In this document: piece after piece, positions 48,397-59,014 of the stretch
Layout of the letters: every line of letters begins with the position of its first letter
Position numbering within the stretch: position 1 is the stretch's first letter
Assembly (NCBI GenBank): GCA_018399555.1
Contig: JAGYOL010000001.1
Span: 1 to 61,739, forward strand
Length of the DNA: 61,739 nt
Origin: Kiritimatiellia bacterium
Lineage (GTDB): Bacteria > Verrucomicrobiota > Kiritimatiellia > RFP12 > UBA1067
Direction of reading: 5' to 3'
The notes under the pieces: generated by a model
What the model saw: the letters and a program-made list of their open reading frames with translations, nothing else
Told to the model about the DNA's origin: nothing
The model's database searches: none
Position numbers and translations under genes: made by a program

Positions 48397-49699
48397 TCAT
48401 CACCGCAATCATATCTTTAACGCAACGTGCAACCACGCCTCGGCGATTTTCCACGACCTGAATCGCTCTCGCGCCCAGCTCCTGCCGTCGTGCAACATCC
48501 TCCAGCAGATTCTCGACCTCATCCATCACCATATCATCTGCCATCACTTGAACCACCGCATCCGCTTTTAAAAGGTCGAACATTACCGGACGGAAATTCT
48601 CAGTATGCGGGCCGACGATAACCGCTGCGCCGCACAAACAGGGCTCGATCATATTCTGACCGCCGTGCTCATAGAGGCTTTTTCCGACAAACACGATCTG
48701 TGCCAGGGCGTAAAAGCCCATCAGCTCACCGGTGGTATCGGCCAGCAGCACCGGGGCAAAGGAGTTGTAATTGCTTTCGGGTGAACTGTCGCCACGACTT
48801 TTTCGCACGCAGATCAGGCCGTTACGCACAATGGTGCGCTCCACCTCATCAGCTTTTTCAAAGTGCCGCGGCACAATCACAAGACGTAGCTCAGGGTGTT
48901 GCCGTGCCAGTTCCCGATAGGTATTCACCATAATGAAATCCTCGCCGGGCCAGGTTGATCCACCCAGCAGCACAATATTGTTTTCATTGACATCATGGGA
49001 GGCCATCCAACTGCGCAGCTCGTTCTCCTTTTCATGATTGCGCTGTGCCACATCAAATTTAAAGCTGCCGCGCACTGCGACGCGATCCGGCGGAGCACCT
49101 GCCGCCACCAGACGGTCATAATCGATCTCAGACTGAGCCATGATTCCGGTGAACATATTAAAAACCGGCTCAAACCACCAGCGCATCCGGGCATAGCGCG
49201 GTGCGGAGCGGTCGGATATCCGGGCGTTGATCAGAAAAACCGGTACGCCGCTTAGGGCGCAGACTCTGATCAGATTGGGCCAGATCTCGGATTCGGTCAG
49301 AATCAGCGCACCCGGGGCAACCATTGCAACCACCCTTTTCACGCAGCATGAGATATCCAGCGGGCAGTAGATCAGGATATCATCATCCGTCAGCAGTTTC
49401 CGCGCCTGAGTCCAGCCGGTGGAGCTGGTTGTACTGAGAAGAAATTCAAGCGAGTTGTTCTGTGAACGCATCTCCCGGATAACCTGCCCGGCCACGAAAA
49501 CCTCGCCGACACTGACCGCATGAATCCAGACTCTTCCGCTGGATTTTCTGAGTTTTGCTGTAATCTCCGCTGGCAGCAGGCCGAAACGATCTGCAAAGCG
49601 TACTTTATAGCCTCCGCGTTGCAGCATACGAAGAGCGAAACGCGGCAGCAGCAACAGATAAATTAAAACAAAGATTATGTCATAGAAAAACCAGCGCAT
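48374..49699 (-). CDS. waaA: 3-deoxy-D-manno-octulosonic acid (Kdo) transferase
   Basis: VWIHAVSVGEV signature, N-terminal anchor, 441 aa. Confidence 0.9.
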   Translation of the reverse strand: MRWFFYDIIFVLIYLLLLPRFALRMLQRGGYKVRFADRFGLLPAEITAKLRKSSGRVWIHAVSVGEVFVAGQVIREMRSQNNSLEFLLSTTSSTGWTQARKLLTDDDILIYCPLDISCCVKRVVAMVAPGALILTESEIWPNLIRVCALSGVPVFLINARISDRSAPRYARMRWWFEPVFNMFTGIMAQSEIDYDRLVAAGAPPDRVAVRGSFKFDVAQRNHEKENELRSWMASHDVNENNIVLLGGSTWPGEDFIMVNTYRELARQHPELRLVIVPRHFEKADEVERTIVRNGLICVRKSRGDSSPESNYNSFAPVLLADTTGELMGFYALAQIVFVGKSLYEHGGQNMIEPCLCGAAVIVGPHTENFRPVMFDLLKADAVVQVMADDMVMDEVENLLEDVARRQELGARAIQVVENRRGVVARCVKDMIAVMSERREEG

Positions 49700-49772
49700 C
49701 GTGATCCAATCATTATTCAGCTGCGGGATTATACCGTTTTATGCATTCCCGGAAAACTCCGCTGTTTGAAAA

Positions 49773-50219
49773 TCAGTTATATCCGCTTGTCAGGTAACCT
49801 GGTGCGGCGGCGTTCCAGCTCAGCAGCTCCTTCCGCAGGGCGGCCGGTTCAAAATTAATGATGTCAAGCTGATCGACCGGCTGCCAGACAAAGCCGATCC
49901 CGCTTTCCAGAGCCGTCACCTCATCGTCCGGATTCATCTCCGGCAAATCTAGTTCATAGACGAGGTTGATTTCGGCGTGGCGTACGTTGTTCTGCAAAAA
50001 AAAGTGTTCGCAGCAGCCGAGAAAGGCACCGGCATGTGCCCGGCAGCCGATCTCTTCAAGCATCTCACGTTCCAGGGCTGCACGACCACATTCACCGAAA
50101 TCGATATGGCCGCCCGGCAGATAGGCCACCTTTGATTTACGGTTGACGCATAACAGAAGCTTGTCATTTTTAAGAGCCACGCCGCGCGCGATGATTTCGA
50201 TGTGCCGTTCATTATGCAT
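49773..50219 (-). CDS. NUDIX hydrolase
   Basis: Nudix box GGHIDFGECGRAALEREMLEEIG. Confidence 0.8.
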   Translation of the reverse strand: MHNERHIEIIARGVALKNDKLLLCVNRKSKVAYLPGGHIDFGECGRAALEREMLEEIGCRAHAGAFLGCCEHFFLQNNVRHAEINLVYELDLPEMNPDDEVTALESGIGFVWQPVDQLDIINFEPAALRKELLSWNAAAPGYLTSGYN

Positions 50220-50220
50220 G

Positions 50221-51552
50221 TCAAAGTTTTCCTTCGTTAAGCTTCAATCCGCCACAATCCGTTCCGTTGAAGAGTGCGAGAACCTCCCCTACAAGAAAGA
50301 GTGAGCCGGTTACCAACACGGTGCCGTCTATTTTACGGGCTGCATCGACAGCGTGGCCAAGTGCGGCCCCGACTGAACTCTCGGCAGAGACATCGGTTAT
50401 ACCGGCGCACCTCATCAACGCCGCCGCATCAGCGGTTTTAAGGGTGCGAGGGTTGTCAATTTCAACGGCAAATCCGCTCCGCACCGCAGGACGCAGCCGT
50501 CTCAGAAAATCAAGCGTACTCTTCTCACCGCAGAAGCCGGCAACCAGACATATATTATCTTTTATTCCGCACTGCTTCAAGGAGAGCCGCAAAGCGTATG
50601 CTGCTTCGGGATTATGTGCACCGTCCAGAATCACCACCGGATTCCGAGCCATCCGCTGAAAGCGTCCGGGCCAGGTAACACGGCTTAATCCCTTTTTAAA
50701 GGCGGAGTCATCAACTGTCAGCCCCAGATTGTGGAGCACTTCAAGCGTACAGAGCGCGGCGGCGATATTTTCAAGGTGGTATTTTGCAGCCAGACGCACC
50801 TCGACTGGCGGCAGATCACGGGCGGCGGTCGATATTTTCAAACGCTGCGAATCGAGGGTGCCTCTGATTCTGTCGATGCAAACCTGTTCATCGGCTCTCA
50901 ACAACAGAGAACCGCACTCAATCGCACGGGCGGCCAGCACGGTCTGAACCGGTTCACTGTTGGCGGCCACCACCACCGGACGACCGGGTTTGATGATGCC
51001 TCCCTTTTCAGCCGCGATCTGTTCAACACTCTCACCCAGCCACTCACAGTGATCCAGGCCGACTCTGGTGATCACCGATACCAGCGGCTCGACAACATTG
51101 GTGGCATCCAAACGTCCGCCCAATCCGGTTTCCAGCACGGCGATTTTCAAATCCGCCTCTTTGAAAAGCAGCAATGCCAGAGCGGTCATGGACTCAAAAA
51201 ATGTGATCGATCCCGCAACGCTCTGTTCAACTGCGCTGATTGCCGCAGTCACACGGAGGGCACAGCGGACAAGTTCAGCATCGGAGACCGGCGTTCCGTT
51301 AAGCAGAAAGCGTTCATTAAAGAGATTGAGGTGCGGCGAGGTGTAGCGTCCACAGGGATAACCGGCCGCACGCAGAATCTCATCGCAGACGGCGGCCACG
51401 GTTCCTTTGCCGTTGGTGCCGGCGATGTGCACAGCGGCCAGCTCATCGTGTGGATTGCCGAGTTCAGCGAGCAGAGCTTTGATTTTATCAAGCCCGGGTT
51501 TCATGCCGAAACGCCGTCGGTCGGCCAGCTCTTTCAAAACAGGATGCATCAT
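50221..51552 (-). CDS. folC: Bifunctional folylpolyglutamate synthase / dihydrofolate synthase
   Basis: HIAGTNGKGT P-loop, Mur-ligase-type middle and C-terminal domains. Confidence 0.9.
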   Translation of the reverse strand: MMHPVLKELADRRRFGMKPGLDKIKALLAELGNPHDELAAVHIAGTNGKGTVAAVCDEILRAAGYPCGRYTSPHLNLFNERFLLNGTPVSDAELVRCALRVTAAISAVEQSVAGSITFFESMTALALLLFKEADLKIAVLETGLGGRLDATNVVEPLVSVITRVGLDHCEWLGESVEQIAAEKGGIIKPGRPVVVAANSEPVQTVLAARAIECGSLLLRADEQVCIDRIRGTLDSQRLKISTAARDLPPVEVRLAAKYHLENIAAALCTLEVLHNLGLTVDDSAFKKGLSRVTWPGRFQRMARNPVVILDGAHNPEAAYALRLSLKQCGIKDNICLVAGFCGEKSTLDFLRRLRPAVRSGFAVEIDNPRTLKTADAAALMRCAGITDVSAESSVGAALGHAVDAARKIDGTVLVTGSLFLVGEVLALFNGTDCGGLKLNEGKL

Positions 51553-51805
51553 AAAAAATTGTACTGGTATTCCAGGTAATGCAGAGGTTCAGCTTTCAGA
51601 CTACGGTTTTTCAACGGCTGTAAAATCAAAGCCTGCCGAAAAAAAAGCAGTCAAATCGGAAAAACATGCTGAATATAACATTTCACGCTGCCGAATACGA
51701 CAATCAAAACAGCGATCCCGGTTGAACGCTATGAAACTGCGACTTATGGAATGCCAGTGATATGCGTTCTTTAATTTTCAGTGTGGTTTTTGTATATTCC
51801 GGTTG

Positions 51806-52897
51806 ATGAAAGCAAAATTACTCATTTTTCACTTTGTTCTGACTGCTACTTTACTCTTTGCGGGGCCACGTGATTTGCCGCAGATAGAGTGGTTGCGACA
51901 CTCAGTCAGGATTGTAGCGGATCAGGGATGCTACGCCCGTGCGATCCGACTGACTGGGAACGAACTGCTGTGCTGTTATGAATATCGCGGACAATGCTGG
52001 ATACGGCGCAGTCTTGATAATGGAATGGTCTGGAGCAGCGGCATCAGGGTAACTGACTATGACCTTGGCATGGCAGCCAATCCGACACTTATCAGGTTGC
52101 GCAGCGGCAATATTCTGCTCGGTTACAACGAGCGTCCCGAGCGCTCCGGCAGCCACTACACAATCTGCCTGGTCGCGAGTGACAACGATGGACGGAGCTG
52201 GGGCAGGCGCAGGCAGCTTTACGAAGCCGGCACCTCGCAGTTGGAAGGTTGCTGGGAGCCTGATTTTCTGCAATATCCGGATGGTGAGATTCAGCTTTTC
52301 TTTGCAAATGAAGCTGATCACACCTACAGCAGTGATCAGGAAATCAGCATGCTGCGCTCACGTGACGGCGGTGCCAGCTGGCAGGGTTCTCACAGCGTAG
52401 CCTATCGCAGTGGTCATCGCGACGGCATGCCGGTTTCATGTTTTACAGGTGACGGAAAAACGGTGGTGCTGGCAATTGAGGACAATGGTCTGAATGGAGA
52501 GATGAAACCGGTGATACTGCGCGACACGATTGAAGCGCGTTGGCGGAAAGCCGTTATAAAGGGCAACTCAGCGTCGCGGGAAGCGGCGTTACTTGAGCCG
52601 CTGGCTGCGGATGTTTATGCCGGAGCACCCTACATCTGCCGGATGCCCTCCGGCGTCATGGTTCTTTCTGTGCAAAGTCGGGAGCGACGCACGCACGAGG
52701 AACCGGCGGTTTATGTGGGTGACAATGAAGCGCGTAATTTCACAAATCGAAGTTTTCCGTTTGAACTGGCGTCGGGGGTGAAAGGCAGCTGGAACTCACT
52801 GTACGTCAAGGACGAACACACAGTCACTTTGCTAAGCACCACTGAAATCGGGGGCAGAAGAGGAATTTGGGCAATCGACGGCAGATTGCGACACTAA
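51806..52897 (+). CDS. Secreted BNR/Asp-box repeat protein (sialidase-like beta-propeller)
   Basis: Signal peptide MKAKLLIFHFVLTATLLFA and three Asp-boxes (SLDNGMVW, SDNDGRSW, SRDGGASW). ATG 51806 is preferred over TTG 51803. Confidence 0.65.
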   Translation: MKAKLLIFHFVLTATLLFAGPRDLPQIEWLRHSVRIVADQGCYARAIRLTGNELLCCYEYRGQCWIRRSLDNGMVWSSGIRVTDYDLGMAANPTLIRLRSGNILLGYNERPERSGSHYTICLVASDNDGRSWGRRRQLYEAGTSQLEGCWEPDFLQYPDGEIQLFFANEADHTYSSDQEISMLRSRDGGASWQGSHSVAYRSGHRDGMPVSCFTGDGKTVVLAIEDNGLNGEMKPVILRDTIEARWRKAVIKGNSASREAALLEPLAADVYAGAPYICRMPSGVMVLSVQSRERRTHEEPAVYVGDNEARNFTNRSFPFELASGVKGSWNSLYVKDEHTVTLLSTTEIGGRRGIWAIDGRLRH

Positions 52898-52956
52898 AGC
52901 AGCTTGCAAAGGTAACCGGATTTCTGACAGCGGCAGAGCTACTGCAACCTGTTCGT

Positions 52957-53913
52957 TCAGAGCGAGAGCAGGCTCAACCAGATCGGAATTGTTATCAGGC
53001 AGAGAATGTGCGTGGCGAAGGTGATCACCGCAGCAAAACCGGCATCGGCCCGGTAGGCTTCAGAGAGCACAACACTGGCCATTGCAGCGGGCTGCACCGC
53101 GATTAGCACCAGTACGCGGCGTAACTCGCTCTCAAGAGGCAACAGCATCAGCACGCCAACGCAAAATGCGGGTATAATGACCAGACGCATCAGAGTTGTG
53201 CCCGCCACCAGCGGAGTGAGCAGGTGATTCGCCTTCATCGAAGCCATCCGTGAACCGCATATCAGCGCCGACACCGGAATGGTCGCGCCGCTGAGAAACC
53301 GGCAGGTTTCCATCAATTGTGTGCTGACCTCCCTGAGCGGCGGTGCAAAGTGGATGTTCTGACGGATAAGAGCCGCTCTGAGAAAAATGATGATAAAGGA
53401 GAGCGTGAGTGCCAGCATCGGCATACTGCAGAGGTGACGCAGCGATTTCAGCGAAACTCTGTCGCCGGTCAGCGTTTTGACACCCAGCGTCCAGATCACC
53501 AGCTCTGAACCGAGTGCTGAAAATATGATCAGTGCCACTGCGCGGTCACCCCACATGGAGCTCGCCATCATAATCGGCAGAAACGAATAGTTGTTCATGA
53601 TACAGGAGAAGTGATAGCAGCGTTGCGTGGCGGGACGTTCTTTGGAGAGCATACCGCGCGTCAGAAACCCGAAGAACCAGCCGGCGCACAGAATGAAAAC
53701 AAGTCCCGCCGGCATAACCCAGCACTCCGCAAGTCCGGCAGGTGTGAAATTACGCACCATCAGATTCACAATCATGCAGGGATAGAAGACATTGATCAGC
53801 GTCAGAGATAGCTGCCGGTTAAAATCATTGGAGATCACCCTGATCCGGTTCAGCAGGTATCCGATCAGTGCCATCAGCACCAGCGGCATCATTTTCAGGA
53901 GAATAAGTAACAT
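52957..53913 (-). CDS. AEC (auxin efflux carrier) family transporter
   Basis: 318 aa, ~10 hydrophobic helices, with N- and C-terminal halves typical of AEC/membrane-transport family permeases. Confidence 0.75.
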   Translation of the reverse strand: MLLILLKMMPLVLMALIGYLLNRIRVISNDFNRQLSLTLINVFYPCMIVNLMVRNFTPAGLAECWVMPAGLVFILCAGWFFGFLTRGMLSKERPATQRCYHFSCIMNNYSFLPIMMASSMWGDRAVALIIFSALGSELVIWTLGVKTLTGDRVSLKSLRHLCSMPMLALTLSFIIIFLRAALIRQNIHFAPPLREVSTQLMETCRFLSGATIPVSALICGSRMASMKANHLLTPLVAGTTLMRLVIIPAFCVGVLMLLPLESELRRVLVLIAVQPAAMASVVLSEAYRADAGFAAVITFATHILCLITIPIWLSLLSL

Positions 53914-54205
53914 ATAATCGCCTCATTCCGGCTTACGGTGTGGGCATCCCTGAAGTCCGCCCTGCAGTTTTTCTCATCTGCATCTCCGCGCCTCTCGGGT
54001 CATCCTTCCGCAACTCTGCGGCAAGCCTTTTTTGGTTTGCAGGCAACACCTGCGTTGAATCCGTTGCTGTTTCCATTTTGCGACGGTGATTATCGGACAG
54101 CTTGGAAACAAAGGCAATCTGAAAATTAAGCAGTTCGAGTTTTAACAATTTTTCGGTTTAGAGTCTGGGCGGAATACTCTATAATGAGTCACTGGAGATT
54201 TTGCT

Positions 54206-54631
54206 ATGATAGAAGATGATACCCTTTCACGCACTGAGCTGCTGATTGAGCAGGAAAAGCTCAAGCTGGAGCGTGAACGCATGATGCTGGAGCGTGAGCG
54301 GCTGGAGGCCATGCGTGAGCGAGCGCATGCCGAGAAGAATTTCAGTATAGACAGCAGCGGCAAACAGGTGGTAACGATCAGCTCTCTGGTTTTTATTGCG
54401 ATAATATGTCTGCTGCTGGGCGGTATTATGGGTGCTTTTTCAACATCGCTACAAATAAACCGCAGCCGCAACCGGCGGGTAAGAGAGGTCATGGAATCAC
54501 TCTCTTCGGTGTCGCCCGGGCTCACCACCACCAATCAGGTTGCAGGCGCATCCACCAACATGCCGGCCTGGTTGCAGGCCATCAAGCCGCAGAGCGCACA
54601 CAGCGGTATCTCGCTGATTGTAATCGAGTGA
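54206..54631 (+). CDS. Hypothetical coiled-coil protein with single TM helix
   Basis: ELLIEQEKLKLERERMMLERERLEAMRERAHAEK followed by the TM segment ISSLVFIAIICLLLGGIMGAF. There is no recognisable family. Confidence 0.5.
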   Translation: MIEDDTLSRTELLIEQEKLKLERERMMLERERLEAMRERAHAEKNFSIDSSGKQVVTISSLVFIAIICLLLGGIMGAFSTSLQINRSRNRRVREVMESLSSVSPGLTTTNQVAGASTNMPAWLQAIKPQSAHSGISLIVIE

Positions 54632-54673
54632 GAACTGCAACGGTATCTCGCAGAAATTTGAGATTTTTTAATT

Positions 54674-56020
54674 ATGTCCTTTTTTAAAGCATACGACATG
54701 CGCGGCGTTTTCGACCGCGATTTCTCCCTCGACACTGTTTATCGTATAGGACGGTGGCTGCCGGTGATGCTTGAAACCGACCGGATGCTGATCGGCCGTG
54801 ATACACGCTCCAGCTCTGAACTGATTTTCAAGGCATTAGCCTGCGGCATCACTGAATCGGGGTGTGCGGTCGATGACATGGGTTTAGCAACAACCCCGAT
54901 GGTGTATTATTTCACCGCCAAGAAGGGCTATCGCGGCTCCGTTCAGATTACGGCCTCACATAATCCCGCTGAGTACAACGGCATGAAGGTTTCGCGCACT
55001 GACGCGTTGCCGGTAGGCTATGACAGCGGCTTGAAGGAGGTTGAAGCCAGAGTGAACTCCGGTGGATTGCCACCCCCTGCCGCAAGGGCGGGTATCGTTC
55101 GCGCAATTGATCTACAGGGTGAATTCATCGCGGATATGCGTCTCAGAGTGCCGGATTTGAGCAACCTTGACATCGGCATCGACTGCTCCAACGGCATGGC
55201 GGCGCTGGTGATAAAGCAGCTGCTCGGCACCGAGCCGCGCTACATCAATGATGTCATGGACGGCTCATTCCCCGGCCATCCCCCCAACCCGCTTGAAGTT
55301 GAAAACTGCACACAGGTAATGGAGCTGGTGCGGGAGAACAAACTGGATGCGGGCGTGATTTTCGATGGTGATGCCGACCGGGTGATGTTTGTGGATGAAA
55401 ACGCTGAATTTGTGCAGCCCGACTATTTAATCGCAATTCTGGCGCAGCACTATCTGCGACGGGAACCCGGCTGCACGGTTATCCATGACATCCGCACCTC
55501 GCGGGGGGTTATTGAATTTCTGCGGCAGCAAGGTGCCCGCACAGTGATGGGTCGGGTCGGTCATGCTTACGCCAAAGTTCTGCTGCGTGAAAGCGGAGCT
55601 GCCTGCGGCGGCGAGCTGGCTGGTCACTACTATTTACGCGATTTTTACAACTGTGACTCTGGCGAACTGGCCGCTCTGATCATTCTAGGCGAGCTGGCCG
55701 ATGCTCAGCGGTGCGGAGTTTCTTTCAGCGAACTGCTCAAACCGTTGCGGCATTACGCCAATTCAGGCGAGATGAATTTCAAGGTTGCCGACAAAGACGG
55801 TGCCACACAGGCGGTTTTAGCGGCACTGAAAAGATTCGGCGAACCGGACGCCCTCTATGATTTTGACGGATATCGGATTGAATTTTCCAGCTGGTGGATG
55901 AATATCCGCAAGTCGAATACGGAACCTTATCTGCGAGTAGTGATAGAAGCGGCGAACGCTGCGGAACTGCGTGAGCGCAAAAATCTGATCACCGGCATAC
56001 TCAAGGATCTGCCAGCCTGA
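54674..56020 (+). CDS. Phosphomannomutase/phosphoglucomutase
   Basis: Active-site loop TASHNPAEYNGMKV and metal loop FDGDADR. Confidence 0.9.
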   Translation: MSFFKAYDMRGVFDRDFSLDTVYRIGRWLPVMLETDRMLIGRDTRSSSELIFKALACGITESGCAVDDMGLATTPMVYYFTAKKGYRGSVQITASHNPAEYNGMKVSRTDALPVGYDSGLKEVEARVNSGGLPPPAARAGIVRAIDLQGEFIADMRLRVPDLSNLDIGIDCSNGMAALVIKQLLGTEPRYINDVMDGSFPGHPPNPLEVENCTQVMELVRENKLDAGVIFDGDADRVMFVDENAEFVQPDYLIAILAQHYLRREPGCTVIHDIRTSRGVIEFLRQQGARTVMGRVGHAYAKVLLRESGAACGGELAGHYYLRDFYNCDSGELAALIILGELADAQRCGVSFSELLKPLRHYANSGEMNFKVADKDGATQAVLAALKRFGEPDALYDFDGYRIEFSSWWMNIRKSNTEPYLRVVIEAANAAELRERKNLITGILKDLPA

Positions 56021-56063
56021 CAACAACACGCACCTTTAAGCACAGCGGACAGAACATAAAACA

Positions 56064-56786
56064 ATGTTGAATGTGGAGCATATAACTTTTTCATACGGCC
56101 GCAGAAGGATTCTGAGCGACATCACCTTCGATGTTGCACCAGGCGAAATCACTGCGGTTGTCGGCCTCAACGGTGCAGGCAAAACGACCCTGCTGCGAAT
56201 TCTGGCGTTTGTTCTGATGCAGGATTCCGGCAACATCACTCTGGACGGCATCGACCCCCTGACGCGTCCTGTCAAATACCGCACCTGGATCGGTTATCTT
56301 CCGGAGAGCTGTCCGCTCTATGAAGAGATGACCGTCGAGCAATACCTGCTTTACCGGCTTAAGCTGCGCCGGGAGCGCAGTTCACGTCTGCGGCGTCGGC
56401 TGGCTGACGCACTGCAGATCTGCAATCTGCGCTCTGTCGCCGACAGCGGCATCCGGGCACTTTCCAGGGGATTCAAAAAACGTATCTGTTTAGCCGACGC
56501 GCTGATGCAGCATCCGCGTCTGGCACTGCTGGATGATCCGTGGACCGGTCTGGATGCCGAATCGCGCCGCGACTTGGGCATAACGTTAACCTCCTGCTCG
56601 GCGCATGCCGCTGTGATTCTGGCCGGACATGAGGTTGATGAGATGCTTGAGTGGTGCACACGGTTTATTGTGTTACGAGAGGGCTGTATTGCGGCATCTT
56701 ATCGCAAAGCGGAACATGAACAGGAGGAACTCAGAACTCTGCTGCGCGACGCGCTGAGTTCCTCTGAGCGGGGAGGTAATCTGTGA
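56064..56786 (+). CDS. ABC transporter ATP-binding protein (ABC-2 / GldA-like)
   Basis: Walker A GLNGAGKTT, signature LSRGFKKRI, Walker B LALLDDPWTGLD. Confidence 0.85.
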   Translation: MLNVEHITFSYGRRRILSDITFDVAPGEITAVVGLNGAGKTTLLRILAFVLMQDSGNITLDGIDPLTRPVKYRTWIGYLPESCPLYEEMTVEQYLLYRLKLRRERSSRLRRRLADALQICNLRSVADSGIRALSRGFKKRICLADALMQHPRLALLDDPWTGLDAESRRDLGITLTSCSAHAAVILAGHEVDEMLEWCTRFIVLREGCIAASYRKAEHEQEELRTLLRDALSSSERGGNL

Positions 56787-57520
56787 GTGCCATTCATCAG
56801 ACCTGGCTTAGAGAGGTCAAATCCTTTCGCGGAGCCTTTTACAGTGGCGTACCGGTGGCAGCTTATCTTGCTGTAGCGGGCTGGTCGTTTGTGATGCTGC
56901 TACGGCGCAGTGAAGGCGGCATAACACAGATTCAGACGATCTGGGGGTGTGCGGTGGCCGCCTGGCTGCCGACGCTCTGTTCACTGCTGACAATGCGTCT
57001 GTTTACGATTGATCGCTCCAGCGGCATGATTGAATTGATGATGGCGGCACCTGTGCGTGAGCGCGACTTTGTGATCGGCAAGTTCTTTTCGGCACTGACT
57101 CTGGTAACACTGGCGCTGCTGGCGTCACTGATCTTCCCCCTGTTTATTCTGCCACGTATGTCGCTTCATCTGGCCGCAAGCATTCAGCCGGTTGCTTTCG
57201 GGATCACATTTGGCATTGTGCTTTTACAGGCCTGTGCCTGGTGCGCGGCAGGCACCATGATATCGGTTATGTTCAGCAATCAGGCCGCGGCGGCGGTCAC
57301 CTCGCTGATTCTCTGCAGCGGCATGCCCATCGCCGTATATTTCGGAATTCTGGCCTGGATTCCCGTGGTACGTTCGGAACTCTCCTGGCTGCCGTTACTG
57401 GTACATATCGTTGATTTTTCAACCGGACTTTTCTCCACCGGGGTGCTGCTTTTTTACGGTGTTCTGACAACTTTCTTTCTATTCGCCTCATCCAAGATGC
57501 TGGCTCTACTGAGATTATAG
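56783..57520 (+). CDS. ABC-2 type permease (GldF-like)
   Basis: Six hydrophobic helices. The GTG start overlaps the upstream stop (GTGA), and GGGGAGG lies upstream. Confidence 0.75.
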   Translation: MSAIHQTWLREVKSFRGAFYSGVPVAAYLAVAGWSFVMLLRRSEGGITQIQTIWGCAVAAWLPTLCSLLTMRLFTIDRSSGMIELMMAAPVRERDFVIGKFFSALTLVTLALLASLIFPLFILPRMSLHLAASIQPVAFGITFGIVLLQACAWCAAGTMISVMFSNQAAAAVTSLILCSGMPIAVYFGILAWIPVVRSELSWLPLLVHIVDFSTGLFSTGVLLFYGVLTTFFLFASSKMLALLRL

Positions 57521-57541
57521 CGATTAAGAGCGGAATTAGCC

Positions 57542-59005
57542 TTGAGTATCAACACCCACAGTTTAAAAGTCAAACCGCCGCGACGCGGATTACTGAGGTT
57601 CACCTCACGTTCAGCCGTGCTGCTCGGTGCGGTATTCTCTTTTCTGGTAATCGTCGTCGGATTCTGGTTCAACTTCACATGGGAGATACCGATCGGGGAG
57701 GTACGGGTGGTCTCTGAGCGGACAAAGAACATTCTGTCCGAAACGCAGGGACGCATCAGGATAATCTGCTTTATGGACCGACGTGATCCGATTGCCCGAC
57801 CGACCGCCCGACTGCTGCGCGGGCTGGCGGCCGCATCGCGCAGTGTGGCCGGAGCCGAGATAGATATTGATTACGTCGATCCACGCTGGGACATGACGCG
57901 TGCAGCTCAGCTTGTGGCACGCAACGTACGGGAGAAATCACTGGAGTTTGAATATCAGAGGCGCAGGCTGGTGGTCGCGTTGGATGATGCATCGATCAAT
58001 GACCGCAGGCGTGGTTTCCGGGCGGAGCAGTTGTGTGCTTCGGCCATTTCACGCCTTGTGCTGCCGCATCGGCAGCTGAAAATCTGTTATTTGCAGGGAC
58101 ATGGCGAGGTTGATTTTGATGATTATGATCAGTTCAGGGGATTTTCAGATATCGCGCATGATTTAAAACGCTACGGTTTTCTATTAGAGAAGCTTTCACT
58201 GGCCGGATTGCGTGAGGTGCCCGCTGAATGCGGCGTTCTGGTCATAGCCGGCGCGCGCCGGGAGATGCCGGAGCAGGAGATCAGGCTGATCGGACAATAC
58301 CTTGACCGGGGCGGCTGTCTGCTTTATCTCGCTACCAGCGGGTCTCGCAGCGGATGTGAACCGTTGTTGGGCAAGTGGGGCATAGATATAACCTCACACG
58401 TGGCGGTCAGCGACAGGACGCTGACCGGCAACGACATCGTAATTACCGATTTCGCAGAGCATCCGATCACCCGTAACCTGCGGGGCTCCTCGGTTGTTAT
58501 GGGTCTGGCCGCCTGCTTGAATGTGCGTAAAACCAGCGAAGCAGAAGACTCCCTCGATTTGAAGCACAGCATGATGATCGCGCAAAGTGATGAGAAGGGC
58601 TGGGGCGAGATGTATCCTGAGCTCTTTCCGCGACGCTACGACCCCTCGCTTGATCTGCCCGGTCCGGTCTGTGTGGCTGCAGTTGCGGAACGTGGTGTCG
58701 CAGTCTCACGTGATGTCGCCTACAAACCCACGCGCATCTGTGTTTTCGGAGATGTCGATTTTGTCATGAACCGGGCTTTAACCGGACGCGCTAACGCCAA
58801 CCGCGATCTGTTCATCAATGCAGTCGGGTGGCTGGCGGGCGTTGATGTAGGCAGTGCTTCATCGGTTGGCGGTGATGCCACATTGGCCACCGGTTTCGAC
58901 CGGCAACGATGGATAGCCGCGATGTTCTGGTCGGTTCTGGCCGTACCTCTGTTCACACTGCTTGTTTTTCGTTTGTTCGCGATGGGTCATGGCGGACGGA
59001 AGTAA
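57542..59005 (+). CDS. GldG-like ABC-transporter auxiliary protein
   Basis: N-terminal and C-terminal TM helices flank a large extracytoplasmic domain. It is in the expected position after the ABC-2 permease. TTG start as in the ORF track. Confidence 0.65.
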   Translation: MSINTHSLKVKPPRRGLLRFTSRSAVLLGAVFSFLVIVVGFWFNFTWEIPIGEVRVVSERTKNILSETQGRIRIICFMDRRDPIARPTARLLRGLAAASRSVAGAEIDIDYVDPRWDMTRAAQLVARNVREKSLEFEYQRRRLVVALDDASINDRRRGFRAEQLCASAISRLVLPHRQLKICYLQGHGEVDFDDYDQFRGFSDIAHDLKRYGFLLEKLSLAGLREVPAECGVLVIAGARREMPEQEIRLIGQYLDRGGCLLYLATSGSRSGCEPLLGKWGIDITSHVAVSDRTLTGNDIVITDFAEHPITRNLRGSSVVMGLAACLNVRKTSEAEDSLDLKHSMMIAQSDEKGWGEMYPELFPRRYDPSLDLPGPVCVAAVAERGVAVSRDVAYKPTRICVFGDVDFVMNRALTGRANANRDLFINAVGWLAGVDVGSASSVGGDATLATGFDRQRWIAAMFWSVLAVPLFTLLVFRLFAMGHGGRK

Positions 59006-59014
59006 GGGTGATTT

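Noticed and set aside
53940-54010. Guanidine/ykkC-like riboswitch fragment (ACCCGAGAGG on the minus strand) upstream of the AEC transporter
   Set aside because: Only one short segment resembles the consensus. The AGGGUUCCG and GGGA-AAAAGCC-GGGAGA elements are missing.
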